Shown piece by piece: positions 37,308 through 48,001 of a stretch of 64,000 nucleotides of DNA. Origin of the DNA: Phycisphaerae bacterium (GTDB taxonomy: Bacteria; Planctomycetota; Phycisphaerae; UBA1845; Fen-1342); the NCBI GenBank assembly GCA_963666925.2, contig CAXXTC010000007.1:192001-256000 (forward strand), written 5' to 3'. A program made the position numbers and the translations under genes. The notes beneath the pieces are model-generated. The model saw only the letters and a list, made by a program, of their open reading frames with translations, was not told the origin of the DNA and searched no databases. The first letter of the stretch is position 1. Every line of letters starts with the position of its first letter.

Positions 37308-39257
37308 GTGAGCGAGCAGCGCATGCCGCTGAAGATCCGTTGCCCCCATTGCCACCGCACGCTGGTAGCCGCGGACGACACCGCGGGCCAGCCACGGTCG
37401 TGCCCGGCCTGCAAGGGTGTTTTCAACGTTCCGCTGCCGACGGTCGCGGTGAGCCGCCCGGTCCGTCCGGCCGACGGCCGACCGACGTGCCCGCGGTGTA
37501 AGGCCGAGGTGGCTCCGACCGCCACCTATTGCCGCCGTTGCCATACGGATCTCGCCACGGGCCGGCGGCTGCCGTGGAAGCGGCGGTTGCGGCTGCTGTC
37601 GGGGCGGTTTTGGATCACGGTCGGTGTGTCGGCGGCGCTGCTGATCATCGTTGCTTACGCCGGCGTGCAGATCTACCGCATTCGGGCGCGGCCGGCGCCG
37701 GCGCCGTTTCGGCCGATTCCGCGGCCGCAAATCGTGGCGGACGAATTGGTCGAGGCCCTTTTCGATGCCCGCGACGGGACCGCCCGTTCGGTCGCCGCTG
37801 CCCGTTTGCGGCGCAACCCGACCGAGACGTTTGGGGCATTGACAGAAGCCTTCGCGGCGACGCTGAGCACCGCTGCAGCCGACCCGCAGGCCCGATATAA
37901 CCAGCTTATTGCGATCAACCTGCTGGGCGAGTGTCCCGACGTGCCGCCCGCGGAGCGTGATCGGGCGATCGAGGTTCTCGCGACTGCCCGTACTCGTGCG
38001 GGTCTGCGCATCGCGGCCCTTCGCGCCGGTGCGCTGTTGGGCGATGCGCAGGTGACCGACGAAATCATCAACACCTGGCTAGATCAGGCGGGCCGACTGG
38101 CTCTTCTGGAACGCCTCGGTGCTGTGGCCGGCGTCAAGGACGATCCCGCCCTGCGGCTCGCGAGCCGAACCGCACGCCAGAATCTGGCTGATCTGGGCGA
38201 CGGATTGCGGCGATTGGCGGACGAGCCGGCCAACGCGATCTACGAGAGGCTCTGTGGCCGGTGGTGGGATAGCTGGTCCTGGATCGGTCAGGATGATGGG
38301 CGGTTTCTGGCTGATGAGCTGTTTGACCTGGCCCGTCCGGGCGAGGGGACGCTCGAGTTTGATCCGAACGATGTCCGCCGGCCGCGTGACACAATGAAGC
38401 GTGTGGCCGAGACGGGCCCGCCCGCGGCCCGTGCCGCCGCCGGCTTGGTGCTCGCCCAGCGTGGTCCGCAATATCGCAGCCTCTGCGGGCGGATCGCTGA
38501 CACGCTGGGGAAGTTTTTGCCAGATGTTTCGCCGGTGGATCAGCAGCGGCTGACCTGGGCCATCGGTCGGCTGGTGGGGCAGGTTTTCGGACCAGCGCCG
38601 CGGCAGCATCCGCTGGACGTTACGCGTGATGATATTGCCGGCGCGTTGCATTGGGCCGGCGCCGATGCACAAATCGCTCGCACCGCGGACTATCCACGGC
38701 CGCCGCAGGTAACGATTCGCGGCCTGACTCCCCAGCGGCTGCTCGAGCGTGACCTGGTGCCGGAATTGCGTGCCGGGTGGGACCAGGCCGAGGCTGCCCG
38801 CGACCGCTGGTTGACTGCTGACCTGGGCTGCACGCCGGCGCTGCGGGCGTTGGTCGACCCTGGCCAGCGGCAGCCCAGCTATCCGGCCCTGGCCAATGCG
38901 ATGATCATCATCTCCTGGTACAACGAACAATCGTTTCGGCCCGAGTTGGAACTCTGGCGCGAGGCGTCCGAGCAGCCGGCCTGGGTGCGGGCTTTAGCCT
39001 ATACCACGCTTGCCAGTCTGGACGCCCAGCGAGGCCGGTGGACTACCGACTGGCCGGCCGGCATTGATGTTGCCGGGTTGCAGCAGCTCGAGCGTGGCAA
39101 GCCCGGTTGGGAGGAGTTTGCACAGGTTCTGGCCGCGGGCGGAGAACTCGCCTGGCAGCGTTTGGCCGCGGCCGACTCGGCTACGTGTCCGACGGTGATT
39201 CGCGACCGTTTGCTCGAAACCGCCCGCCGGATTGTCGATGAGAATGACACGCCGTAG
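37308..39257 (+). CDS. Membrane-anchored protein with two N-terminal zinc ribbons and a large alpha-helical (HEAT-like) domain
   Basis: 'CPHC...CPAC' and 'CPRC...CRRC', then one TM segment and an Ala/Arg/Leu-rich helical region. Confidence 0.7.
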   Translation: MSEQRMPLKIRCPHCHRTLVAADDTAGQPRSCPACKGVFNVPLPTVAVSRPVRPADGRPTCPRCKAEVAPTATYCRRCHTDLATGRRLPWKRRLRLLSGRFWITVGVSAALLIIVAYAGVQIYRIRARPAPAPFRPIPRPQIVADELVEALFDARDGTARSVAAARLRRNPTETFGALTEAFAATLSTAAADPQARYNQLIAINLLGECPDVPPAERDRAIEVLATARTRAGLRIAALRAGALLGDAQVTDEIINTWLDQAGRLALLERLGAVAGVKDDPALRLASRTARQNLADLGDGLRRLADEPANAIYERLCGRWWDSWSWIGQDDGRFLADELFDLARPGEGTLEFDPNDVRRPRDTMKRVAETGPPAARAAAGLVLAQRGPQYRSLCGRIADTLGKFLPDVSPVDQQRLTWAIGRLVGQVFGPAPRQHPLDVTRDDIAGALHWAGADAQIARTADYPRPPQVTIRGLTPQRLLERDLVPELRAGWDQAEAARDRWLTADLGCTPALRALVDPGQRQPSYPALANAMIIISWYNEQSFRPELELWREASEQPAWVRALAYTTLASLDAQRGRWTTDWPAGIDVAGLQQLERGKPGWEEFAQVLAAGGELAWQRLAAADSATCPTVIRDRLLETARRIVDENDTP

Positions 39258-39308
39258 GTTGCCGCCTACAGTTATGAGTATCGTTATCCCGCATCAGAGC
39301 TTCGCAGT

Positions 39309-40514
39309 ATGTTGATTCCGATTGGCACCGACGTTCGCACGCACCGACCACCGCTGGGCAACTGGCTGCTGATCGGCCTGAACGTGCTGGTGTTTGCGTA
39401 TACCGACTGGCTCGGCGGGGCTGCCGGACAGCAGGTCAAGGCGGTTTTCGCGCTCGATGCCGTCCGTCCGGCCCTGCACCAGTACATCACGTACCAGTTT
39501 CTTCACGGCGACCTGCTTCATATCGCCGGCAACATGCTGTTCTTGTGGATCTTCGGCAACGCCGTCTGCGACCGCATGGGGTCCGTGAGCTACGTTCTGT
39601 TCTACCTGGCCGGGGGTGTGTTTGCCGGCTATGCCTTTACGCTGACCGGGGACAGCCCGATCGTGGGTGCGTCCGGCGCTATCGCGGCCGTCACGACCGC
39701 GTTCCTGACGCTCTATCCGCGCGTGCACATCACGCTGCTGATCTGGGCGTTATTTATCTTCACCATTCAGGTCCCGGCCATGATCCTGATCATCTTCAAG
39801 ATCATTCTCTGGGATAACATGCTGGCCCCCTGGCTCGATCATTCGCTCGAATCCAACGTGGCCCACTCCGCCCACCTCGGCGGCTACATCTTCGGCTTCA
39901 CAATTGCGATCGGTTTGCTGGCGGTTCGCGTTTTGCCGCGTACGCAGTTCGATCTGCTGGCGTTGTGGGGGCGTTGGCGCCGTCGGGCGGGGCTCGAAGT
40001 CGGCACCGCCCGCACATCGACCCGGATGGTTGGTGCCCGGCCTGTGCGCGTCGAGGAAGTTGGCTCCCGCCCGTTGCAAAGCCCGGCGCTCAGCCCGGTT
40101 GAGCAGTTGCGGGCGGACATCATGGACCATCTTGAGCGGCGTGATGCCGGGTTGGCCGTCGAGTTTTATCGCAAGCTGCTCAAGCTTGATTCGCAGCAGG
40201 TGTTGTCGCGTACGCATCAGCTTGAGATTGCCAATTTGTTGGCGCGCATGCAGCATTACCAGGAAGCGGTTGATGCTTACGAGGCGTTTCTCGGTGCTTA
40301 TCCGGGTGCCGTGGACGTTCCGGAAGTTCGGCTTTTCATGGGGCTGTTGTACAACCGGTATCTGAACAAGCCGGAACGGGCCGCGTTGCAGCTTCGGCGG
40401 GCGGTAGCCGGCTTGAAGGCGGAAGATCAGCGTCGCCTGGCCGAGCAGGAGCTGAACGAAGCCATGCAGCGGTTGCTGGACCAGGGTCAGCCGCCGGGGG
40501 ATGGGGCGAGCTGA
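39309..40514 (+). CDS. Rhomboid intramembrane serine protease with C-terminal TPR-like region
   Basis: 'FLHG...H..GNM.FLWIFG', 'GASGA', 'AHSAHLGG'; TPR-like tail 'EAVDAYEAFL..YP'. Confidence 0.9.
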   Translation: MLIPIGTDVRTHRPPLGNWLLIGLNVLVFAYTDWLGGAAGQQVKAVFALDAVRPALHQYITYQFLHGDLLHIAGNMLFLWIFGNAVCDRMGSVSYVLFYLAGGVFAGYAFTLTGDSPIVGASGAIAAVTTAFLTLYPRVHITLLIWALFIFTIQVPAMILIIFKIILWDNMLAPWLDHSLESNVAHSAHLGGYIFGFTIAIGLLAVRVLPRTQFDLLALWGRWRRRAGLEVGTARTSTRMVGARPVRVEEVGSRPLQSPALSPVEQLRADIMDHLERRDAGLAVEFYRKLLKLDSQQVLSRTHQLEIANLLARMQHYQEAVDAYEAFLGAYPGAVDVPEVRLFMGLLYNRYLNKPERAALQLRRAVAGLKAEDQRRLAEQELNEAMQRLLDQGQPPGDGAS

Positions 40515-40571
40515 CCGGTCGTTTCACGCAGTTCTTGGGCGACATTGCCGTAACGCCGCTACCGACGAACC

Positions 40572-41390
40572 CTACGCCTCCGGTAGCCCAATCCTCTTGC
40601 GTAACTCGTTGACGCGTGCCACGGTCTCCGGCTTACACTTGCGTATCCAATACCAACGGTCCGGATGGCGTTCCGGCATGTTCACCCAATCGTTGTCTTT
40701 CAGTACTGCATCCAGGACACGGTCCAGCGGATTCGGTACTCGTTGCCCGTTGCTGACCGCAGGTATGAAGTCGCCCGACAGCGTGAGACGGGATCCTCCG
40801 AGAGTAATCGCGCCAAATAGCAATTGTGTGGCATCGTATAGCTTGCGCAATTCCGCAAGGGTTATCTCCGGCATGACATCCTTGGGGAGCGCAGTTTGAG
40901 GGTCTATGAGAACGTGAGCAATCACGCTGTTGCGGATTTGCTTCACATGCTCAGCCAACTCTTTGAGATGTGCGTCGAAGCGTCTTTCCTTCAGTTCGCG
41001 CGTCAGCATGTCGCGTGCTTCTTCGTCCTGCCACTTGAAGCCCCCCTTGGTCTTGAGCAAGTTCCCCAAGCGTCTGATCGTCAGCGAATCTGTGCCGCTG
41101 TCGCTTAGCAAAGCGTTTAGCATGACGATAGCCATGCCGCCGAAGTTCATCCTGACGAGGTCCCAGAACTCTTCCGTCCCATGCAACCCGCCATTCGCAA
41201 CCTTCTGAAGAGTCTCGAGTGCGACGATGGATTCGTGCACGTGGATCAATCGATACCACAGGTTATCGTGCATCGCCTTATAACGTTTTGCATCGTCTGG
41301 AAGAAGAAGCTCTTCGACGTCCTTGTTCGCCAGGTGCGGATGACTGTACGCCTGCCATTTGCTGAGATCCTTGTACAAGTCTTCAGTCAT
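40572..41390 (-). CDS. Putative HEPN-domain (AbiU2-like) protein with atypical composition
   Basis: Helical protein with 'D....SLTIRRL' and 'IRNSVIAH' (Rx5H); visibly lower GC than its neighbours. Confidence 0.6.
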   Translation of the reverse strand: MTEDLYKDLSKWQAYSHPHLANKDVEELLLPDDAKRYKAMHDNLWYRLIHVHESIVALETLQKVANGGLHGTEEFWDLVRMNFGGMAIVMLNALLSDSGTDSLTIRRLGNLLKTKGGFKWQDEEARDMLTRELKERRFDAHLKELAEHVKQIRNSVIAHVLIDPQTALPKDVMPEITLAELRKLYDATQLLFGAITLGGSRLTLSGDFIPAVSNGQRVPNPLDRVLDAVLKDNDWVNMPERHPDRWYWIRKCKPETVARVNELRKRIGLPEA

Positions 41391-41731
41391 CTGTATTTCC
41401 CCAGGGATAGGCCATCAAGGAATCCGACAATCTTTCTTCTCTCTCGCCGCGGCTGCTGTGAGCGCACGGAACCAGCGACTCTACAGTTTGAGTATAGTCC
41501 GGTTGTGAGTTCGAAGAAACGAATGTGGCCGCACCACGTCACGTGAGCATGGGGGCCTTATCCCGTTGCGCAGCACGGGGAGGCGGGCGTTCATTGACAT
41601 GTTGGCAAGTCGGCCGAGACGGCCGACCCACTTCACGTTCGCGGGGGGCGGATTTTGTCCGTGGGGGATGCTGAGTTGCGGGTAGTTCAACGGCCGCGCG
41701 TGGTAGCGCCTGATCGCTGAGACCCGGAAGA

Positions 41732-41790
41732 CCACTGCTCAAGAGCAGTGGCGCCCGGCTGACCACAGGCTATTAGCCTGTGCCACACAG
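41732..41790. repeat. Cluster of two REP-like palindromes
   Basis: CCACTGCTCAAGAGCAGTGG at 41732-41751, then CACAGGCTATTAGCCTGTGCCACACAG at 41764-41790, which is identical to 58231-58257. Confidence 0.65.
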
Positions 41791-41820
41791 GTATGAGACG
41801 CTACGTTGTGCCCGCCGCCT

Positions 41821-43568
41821 TTAGTCTGCTCGGCCGAGGTAGATGCGCTGCGTGCCGTCGGACAGGACCACGCGGAAGACCACCTCGTCCGAGTCATTCA
41901 GCACGCCCGAGACGCCGGGGCGGTCCTTCTCCGGCGACGAGCCCGTGTAGATCGCGGCGATATCGTCCACCGGCTCTTTGAGCTCGGTGTCGGTTATCAC
42001 CAGCAACTCGTCACCCGTCCACATCAATAAGCCCGATCCGCCGCCGGTTTGCGTGTAGGGCAGCACCGCGTGGCCGGCGTTGTTAATCGCGCCGCCCGCG
42101 TCGGCCCACACCACCTCGACCCCGTCCAGATCGTTCGGCAGCGTCGTCCCCAACGCCGTGCTGTCGGTCTGGCTGGCCAGGTAGGGCTCATCGCCCGCGA
42201 GCACCAGCGCTTCGCCGTCGTCACTCACACCACCCAGCAGCACCGTTGCCGTCACGCTGCCGCCGGCGAGCTCGGCCCACTCGTCCGTGTCAAAGCTCCA
42301 CAGCAGCACGATCGTCTTCAGTCGTGCTGTTGACGGTGAGCTGCGTGTCCAGCGCGATGTGGCTCAGCGGGCTGATCGCGAAGCCGTCATACGTGCTCGC
42401 ACTGACCTTCGCACCATCGGTCAGCCCGGGCCAGGACGCTCCCGATCGGCTGTCAAGCACGCGGTATTCGCGCGTCCGGCTGGGCCAGGTACAACCCGCG
42501 CCCGATGCCGACGCCGCCATAGACCCCGGTGAACAGCAGGTTGCCCGCGTTGTTGATCGTCGTGGCCGTCTGGAGCGAATCGAAGAAGGCTTCCGCATCC
42601 TGGTCCGGGACGTCGCCCGGATCGTCGGCGCTCTCGTTCGTGTCGCGGATGATCTCCAGCGTAGTTCCGTTGCTGCTGATCAGCGCCTCGCCGGTGACGA
42701 GTTGTGAGTCCGGCGGGTCGGTGAAGTACAGGTAGCTGATCGCGAAGACGGCCCAGCCGCTGGAGCTGACCCCAGGTGCTCCGAAGGTTGGGTTGTATGC
42801 TCCCGAGGCGGCATCCGAATAAAGCGCCTCGATCTGTTCGAGGGTCGGCGACGCGCACCAGGTTGCCGTCGGTCGCCCGCCAGCGATAAATGCCCTTTGA
42901 AGGTTCCTCGCCGGCGATCTTGGACTCGAACAGGAGCCGATCGTCGGGTCCCCAGACGAGTTGCTGTTCGAGCGGCTCGAAGCTGCCCGAAGCTTCGAAG
43001 TTGCCGAAATAATCCGCGGTCGTTCGGCTGGGGACGATTCCGGTTTCGTTGGGATCGTCGTCGACGACGCGTTCCAACTCTCCGTCCCAGACGTACAGTC
43101 CGCCGTGGCCCGCCAATTGGGTGCAACCTTCGTACGTAGCCCAGAAAGCGATGCGTCCCTCGCTGTCGATCACCGGGTTACTGAACTCGACGAACTGGGC
43201 GTCGGCCTGCTCCGGGACGGCGTCGCCGGTGGCGACGACCAGCCCGAGCGTGATGTCCGTTGGGGGGACGAGATCGGTGTCGGTCGGGTCGACAGTGTCG
43301 TCTGCCCCGTCGGTGCCGCCGCTGTCGTCAATCCCGTTGCCATCGGTGCTGCCATCGGTACTGCCGTCGGTGCTCCCGTCAGTTGCTCCCGTCGGTGCTT
43401 CCGTCGGTGCTCCCATCGGTACTGCCATCGGTGCTGCCGTCGGTAGTGCCGTCGTCCGGGGGGGTGACGGGGGGGCAGCCCCCGGTGAGAACGAACATGC
43501 TGATGATACAGGCGGCGCTAATAGTGCACAGCCACACTGCTGCGCAGGGTGGTCAGTAGCGATGACAT
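41821..43568 (-). pseudogene. Frameshifted lipoprotein with STDG repeats and an NxxGxxxF-type beta-propeller-like region
   Basis: GAGGAG RBS and ATG at 43568; lipobox 'VLTGG-C'; (STDG)n linker broken by a 1-nt insertion (agcaactga); pieces 'NPVIDSEGRIAFWA', 'AINNAGHAV' and 'LNDSDEVVFRV' lie in different frames. Confidence 0.65.
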
Positions 43569-43773
43569 GTTGGCAAGCTCCTCGGGAAGCGTCCAGCGGC
43601 CCGCCCACGGCGTGCCGAGCTAATACTTAAGTGTACGACTACTGTCAATCATCGGCAAAACGTCGGCGTCAGGCTGACTGCAAGGTCCGAATAATCAAAC
43701 GACCCGCATGCGGAGCTGGGCGTGCGGACGGTCAATTTGCAAGCTACGTGCCGCCTGATAATGGTGCCGGCGA

Positions 43774-44835
43774 TCAGGCCTCCGGCTCGATGAAACGGTC
43801 GGCGTCACTGTCGGCGTAGCTCCAGTGAAGCTCGTGCCACGCCCGCCTCCATCACGGCGGAATCAGGGCTGATCCAGCAGTAGTTCACCGGCGCCTTCAT
43901 CCAGAACCCCAGCTTGCGCATCTGCCTGCGAATCTCAGGTCGGCTGACGAACGTGACCACCCGGACGGCGCCGGCCGCAATTGGCGTCCTGTAATATCAG
44001 CAGCAGGATGTCCCGGCAGGTCCGCTTGTCGGAGAAGTCCCCGTACACGTCCAGCAGCCGCACTGTCAGGTCCCCGTCGCTGCCGATTACCCGGCGGGTG
44101 ACGGCGAAGTAGGTTGGTTGGTTCTCGGGGCCCGCGACGTAGAAATCCAACTCGTTTCGATAGGGCGCATCCAGGAAACGCCACTGGCAGAAAGCGATAT
44201 CGCGCAGTGTCGTCATGACGTCCGGCATGCGGTGGCGATCGAACACGCCAGCCAGTGTCTCGGCCGTGGGCTCCGCCAGTCGCCGGGCGGTGTGCACATT
44301 TGAGTGACTCAGCCAGCCGCGCCAAGCGGCCACGCCGGGGCTGATCAGGGTGGCGGCCGTACGCAGGCAGCTGCCGCGCGCAGGCCGCGGGCCTTGCGGA
44401 TGGGGCTGAACTGGCGTGGGTCGCAACAGGATGGTGCGATCCTCCACGTCGTTGCGGACTCCCCAGTTGTGCTTGCGGTGGATTTTGGCGGCGACCTCGT
44501 TCGAGAATCCCACGACCAGTTCGGTTTCGCCGGCGTACTTCGGCGTCGAGAATGCGTTCCAGGCCGCGCCGCCGAAACTCCACGGGGATCCACAGGTCCA
44601 CCCACCACAGGGCTGATACGGTTCGGCCGGGGATGGTGATTGTTGTCGGGATTACGCCGCAATAGCCGGCGATATCGTCGCCGACCAGCAGGACCATGCG
44701 GTTCTCGTTTCCCCGGTAGACCCAGGCGCCATGTTCCCGCAGCGCCTCGGTTCTGCGGTGGCCGTAGGCGGTGTGGAGCATCCGGTACAGAGCATCATGA
44801 TCCACATCGTCGACGGTGACGATTCTCGGTTCCAT
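43774..44835 (-). pseudogene. Frameshifted GNAT-family acetyltransferase-like gene
   Basis: 'IAGYCGVIP...ALWWVDLWIPVEFRRRGL' continues in another frame as 'GFSNEVAAKIHRKHNW...RD..F.QWRF.D.PY'; ends 'HWSYADSDADRFIEPEA*'. Confidence 0.65.
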
Positions 44836-45059
44836 TTCAGTCTCTTCGCAAGCGTTGTTGCTACGTTCGCCCCTGGGACGGATCGTCATTATGGGCACGC
44901 GTATGCAGCGGGGCAATCGTGGTGAAGCCCGGGCTAATCCAGGCCGGGTGGCGCAAGATCTGCCGGGTGGCGCGGGGTGGCTGGCCGCTCGTCCGATAGG
45001 CGCGAATGAGTTGCGCACCGTGCCCGGTGGGCAGTATAATCTGGTGGGAGGTGTTAACG

Positions 45060-45776
45060 ATGCCTGTGAGCTCTTCGGGACGAAATCCGGATCTGGCCAA
45101 GCTGGTTGAGAAGCAGTTGCGCAATTGGGAGTTGGCCCGGGCCGTGCAGAGCAAGTCTGCCGCGTCGGCCGGCGATGCAAACAAGGTGTACGAGTTCGTC
45201 ACGGCATCGCGCGCGGTTGCATCAGGGGGCACGCAGGTGACCACCCTGCTGGGCGAGAGGCTGAACTGGCCGGTGTTTGACCGGGCGATTCTCCAAGCCA
45301 TGGCTGGTGATGACACGGTCCGCGAACGTCTGTACAAGGGGCTGGACGAACGCGACGTGAGCTGGCTGGAGAGCGCGCTGCGCTGGATCATGCGCAGCGA
45401 GCTGCGCAACGACGACTATTTCTATCGATTGAGCGAGACGGCGCTGACATTGGTGCGGCAGGGGCCGGCCGTGTTCCTGGGTCGGGGCATCGACCAGCTA
45501 CTGCCACGCGAGCAGGGGCTGCGCGTGCGCGTGACGGCGTCGGCGGAGCGCCGCGCCGCCGAGTTCGCCCGGCGCAACAACATGTCGCCGGCGCTGGCCC
45601 ACGCGGAGATCGAGCGGATCGACCGCGAGCGGGCGGAATATCGGCGAGCGCATTTCGGCAGGTACGCCAACGACGAAGCCTGCTACGATCTCATCCTCGG
45701 AATGGATCGGTTGACGGTCGATCAGGCCGTCGAGACCATCCTGGTGCTGCTGCGATTGAAGGGAATGGCCGCGTAG
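45060..45776 (+). CDS. Cytidylate kinase-like family protein
   Basis: 'VTASRAVASGG...LGERLNWPVFDR', 'VFLGRG', 'DRERAEY...F', 'YDLIL'. Confidence 0.8.
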   Translation: MPVSSSGRNPDLAKLVEKQLRNWELARAVQSKSAASAGDANKVYEFVTASRAVASGGTQVTTLLGERLNWPVFDRAILQAMAGDDTVRERLYKGLDERDVSWLESALRWIMRSELRNDDYFYRLSETALTLVRQGPAVFLGRGIDQLLPREQGLRVRVTASAERRAAEFARRNNMSPALAHAEIERIDRERAEYRRAHFGRYANDEACYDLILGMDRLTVDQAVETILVLLRLKGMAA

Positions 45777-45832
45777 ACCGCGATTCGGATGACCTCGGTC
45801 GGAGGGGGGAATGCCGGCTGGCTATCGGGGGG

Positions 45833-46141
45833 CTACTTTGGCTCGCTGTGTTCGTTGTTAGCCGGAGCCTGTTCGCGCTGGTCGGCTTCGGGAGCCGCCT
45901 GGTTGTTCGCGGGGGTGTCGTTGAGTTCTTCGCGCCGCTCGGGGCCTTGCAAGCGACTGCGCGGGGGTGATTCGTCACGGTCCTCCCGCCCGAGATCGTC
46001 GCCGACCTCATGCAGGCCGCGTTTGAACTCCTTGAACGCGCGGCCCATGGAGCGGGCGACCTCCGGCAGACGATTGCCGAAAAGCAGGAGGGCAACTATG
46101 CCTATAATGAGCCAATGCCACGGACTGCCGAAACCGCCCAT
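45833..46141 (-). CDS. tatA: Twin-arginine translocase TatA/E subunit
   Basis: 'HWLIIGIVALLLFG.RLPEVARSMGRAFKEFKRGL'. Confidence 0.9.
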   Translation of the reverse strand: MGGFGSPWHWLIIGIVALLLFGNRLPEVARSMGRAFKEFKRGLHEVGDDLGREDRDESPPRSRLQGPERREELNDTPANNQAAPEADQREQAPANNEHSEPK

Positions 46142-46367
46142 CGGTTAATCCTTCAAACAGATACAGACAAGATGCAGGCCGACCCAAACGGGGCTCGGCG
46201 GACGTCCTGTCACCACTCGACGCGTCAGGCGCCAAGCCGTGGGCCCATTATGAGTTACAAGCGGCCGGGTGTCAAAGCTCCCGGTTGGCCTGCGGTCGGG
46301 GTGGGGCGTTTCATGCATGCTCGGTGGGTGCTATGATCAACCGTTTTGCGAGTTTGCGAGCCCGACC

Positions 46368-47714
46368 ATGCAGCGTGTTTTCGACTTCCTGAGAGCGGAC
46401 GACTTGCCCCTTATGTCGCGGGGGAACTACTCGGCGGAGCTGCGTCAGATCATGCTCTGGGGGGTGGTCGTAGGCGCGGTGGATGGGGCCATCTCCAGCA
46501 TTGTGGCGGCCAAGACCTTTCACGCCAACCAGGCGGCCACCACGCTGATCTGGTCGCTGCCATACATGATCAACGTCCTGAACCCGATCTGGGGCGTGTT
46601 CCTGCGTGGTCGCCGGCGTCTGCCCGCGTTTCGAGTTATCGCGATCGGCGGGCTGGCGGCGACGGCGTCGGTAGCGTTCACGCCCGCGGACTGGACACAC
46701 TCGGCCTGGGTGTTTGCCGGACAGGTGGCGCTGATCCACTTTTTCCTCTCCGGGCTGATCACGCTGCGCACCACCCTGTGGCGCGTCAACTATCCGCAAA
46801 TCTGTCGGGCGCGAATTGCCGGGCGGCTGCAAACCGTGCGGCTGTTGCTGATGTTGTGTACGGGGGCGGGCCTGAGCACGCTGTTCGACTGGCAGGCCTG
46901 GAGCTACCAGATCACGTATCCACTGGTGGCAGCCGTCGGGCTGGTGTCGTTGTTTCCGCTGAGAAACATGCGTGTGCGGCAGGAGAAGCTGGAACTCCGT
47001 GAGGTGCAACGTCGGCTGGAAGAGCGGCGGGCTACGCAACGGGCGGGTCGGCTGGGACTGTGGGGCGGGCTGGGCGAGGCCGTCGACATTTTGCGCAGCG
47101 ATCGGATGTTCGCCGCGTACATGTTCGCTCAGTTTCTGCTCGGTGCAGCCAACTTCTTCACTGAGCCGCTGTTGATCACAATTGTCACGACGCGCCTCGA
47201 TCTGCGCTATTTCGATTCAGCTCTGATCACGGCGTTGATCCCGACGGTGGTGATGTTGGTCGGGATAAGTTATTGGGCGCCCGTGTTCGACCGGGCCGGC
47301 GTGCTGAAATTCAGGGTCTACAACAGCTTGATGTGGCTGATCTCTTTCGCCGGAATCACAACGTCCATGTTGATTATCGGCATCGCGGGTCGGTCGGCGT
47401 TGCCGATCGCTCTGGTGTTGCTGGTTGTTGCTCGGATATTCACCGGGTTGGGACGCGGAAGCGGCGCAATCGCCTGGAACATAGGGCACTTACATTTCGC
47501 TCGGCCCCACCAGACGGAGCTCTATATGGGCATACACGTGGGCCTGACAGGAGTGCGCGCCCTGGTCATGCCGGCCGTAGCGTACGGTTGTAGCCAGATC
47601 ATCGGCTACGGCTCGTTCATCGTGGCGGTGGTGCTGGCGATTATCGCACACCTCCTCTTTCATCGCCTGGTGCGCCTCAGTCAGGCCGATCAGCCGACCG
47701 CCTCCTCCGGCTGA
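46368..47714 (+). CDS. MFS-type transporter
   Basis: About 12 TM segments in two halves separated by a charged loop; start uncertain. Confidence 0.75.
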   Translation: MQRVFDFLRADDLPLMSRGNYSAELRQIMLWGVVVGAVDGAISSIVAAKTFHANQAATTLIWSLPYMINVLNPIWGVFLRGRRRLPAFRVIAIGGLAATASVAFTPADWTHSAWVFAGQVALIHFFLSGLITLRTTLWRVNYPQICRARIAGRLQTVRLLLMLCTGAGLSTLFDWQAWSYQITYPLVAAVGLVSLFPLRNMRVRQEKLELREVQRRLEERRATQRAGRLGLWGGLGEAVDILRSDRMFAAYMFAQFLLGAANFFTEPLLITIVTTRLDLRYFDSALITALIPTVVMLVGISYWAPVFDRAGVLKFRVYNSLMWLISFAGITTSMLIIGIAGRSALPIALVLLVVARIFTGLGRGSGAIAWNIGHLHFARPHQTELYMGIHVGLTGVRALVMPAVAYGCSQIIGYGSFIVAVVLAIIAHLLFHRLVRLSQADQPTASSG

Positions 47715-48001
47715 CTCGGCCGGACGTGCCGGCGGCGGCGTGCTGTGTGCGGCAGATGAGGGATACATGAAAGTTGCGTCGTTGTGTTTGCTTTTGGTTA
47801 ACTTTGGCTCGGCGGCCTTGAACGCGATTTGCCCCGGGGGTAGCTTCGTTTTTCAATGATACTGGATGGGAGGAGGAGCACTTCCCGACCAGGCTCATGA
47901 CGTAGTACGGCAAGCGTTACCCATGGTGCTGTGCGCTTTGAGGAGGGCGCGTGGCGCGTTTTCAACACCCTGTTCTGCGAAAGAATTCAGGAGGAGAGAC
48001 C

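Noticed and set aside
39309..40514. Rhomboid as a rhombosortase processing the tagged proteins or the PEP-CTERM protein
   Set aside because: The tagged proteins lack a C-terminal TM/GlyGly-CTERM segment, and PEP-CTERM proteins are handled by exosortases, none of which is in the window.
41481..41766. Short ORFs upstream of the HEPN-like gene as an antitoxin or transposase remnant
   Set aside because: No recognisable motif or RBS, and they overlap palindromic repeats.
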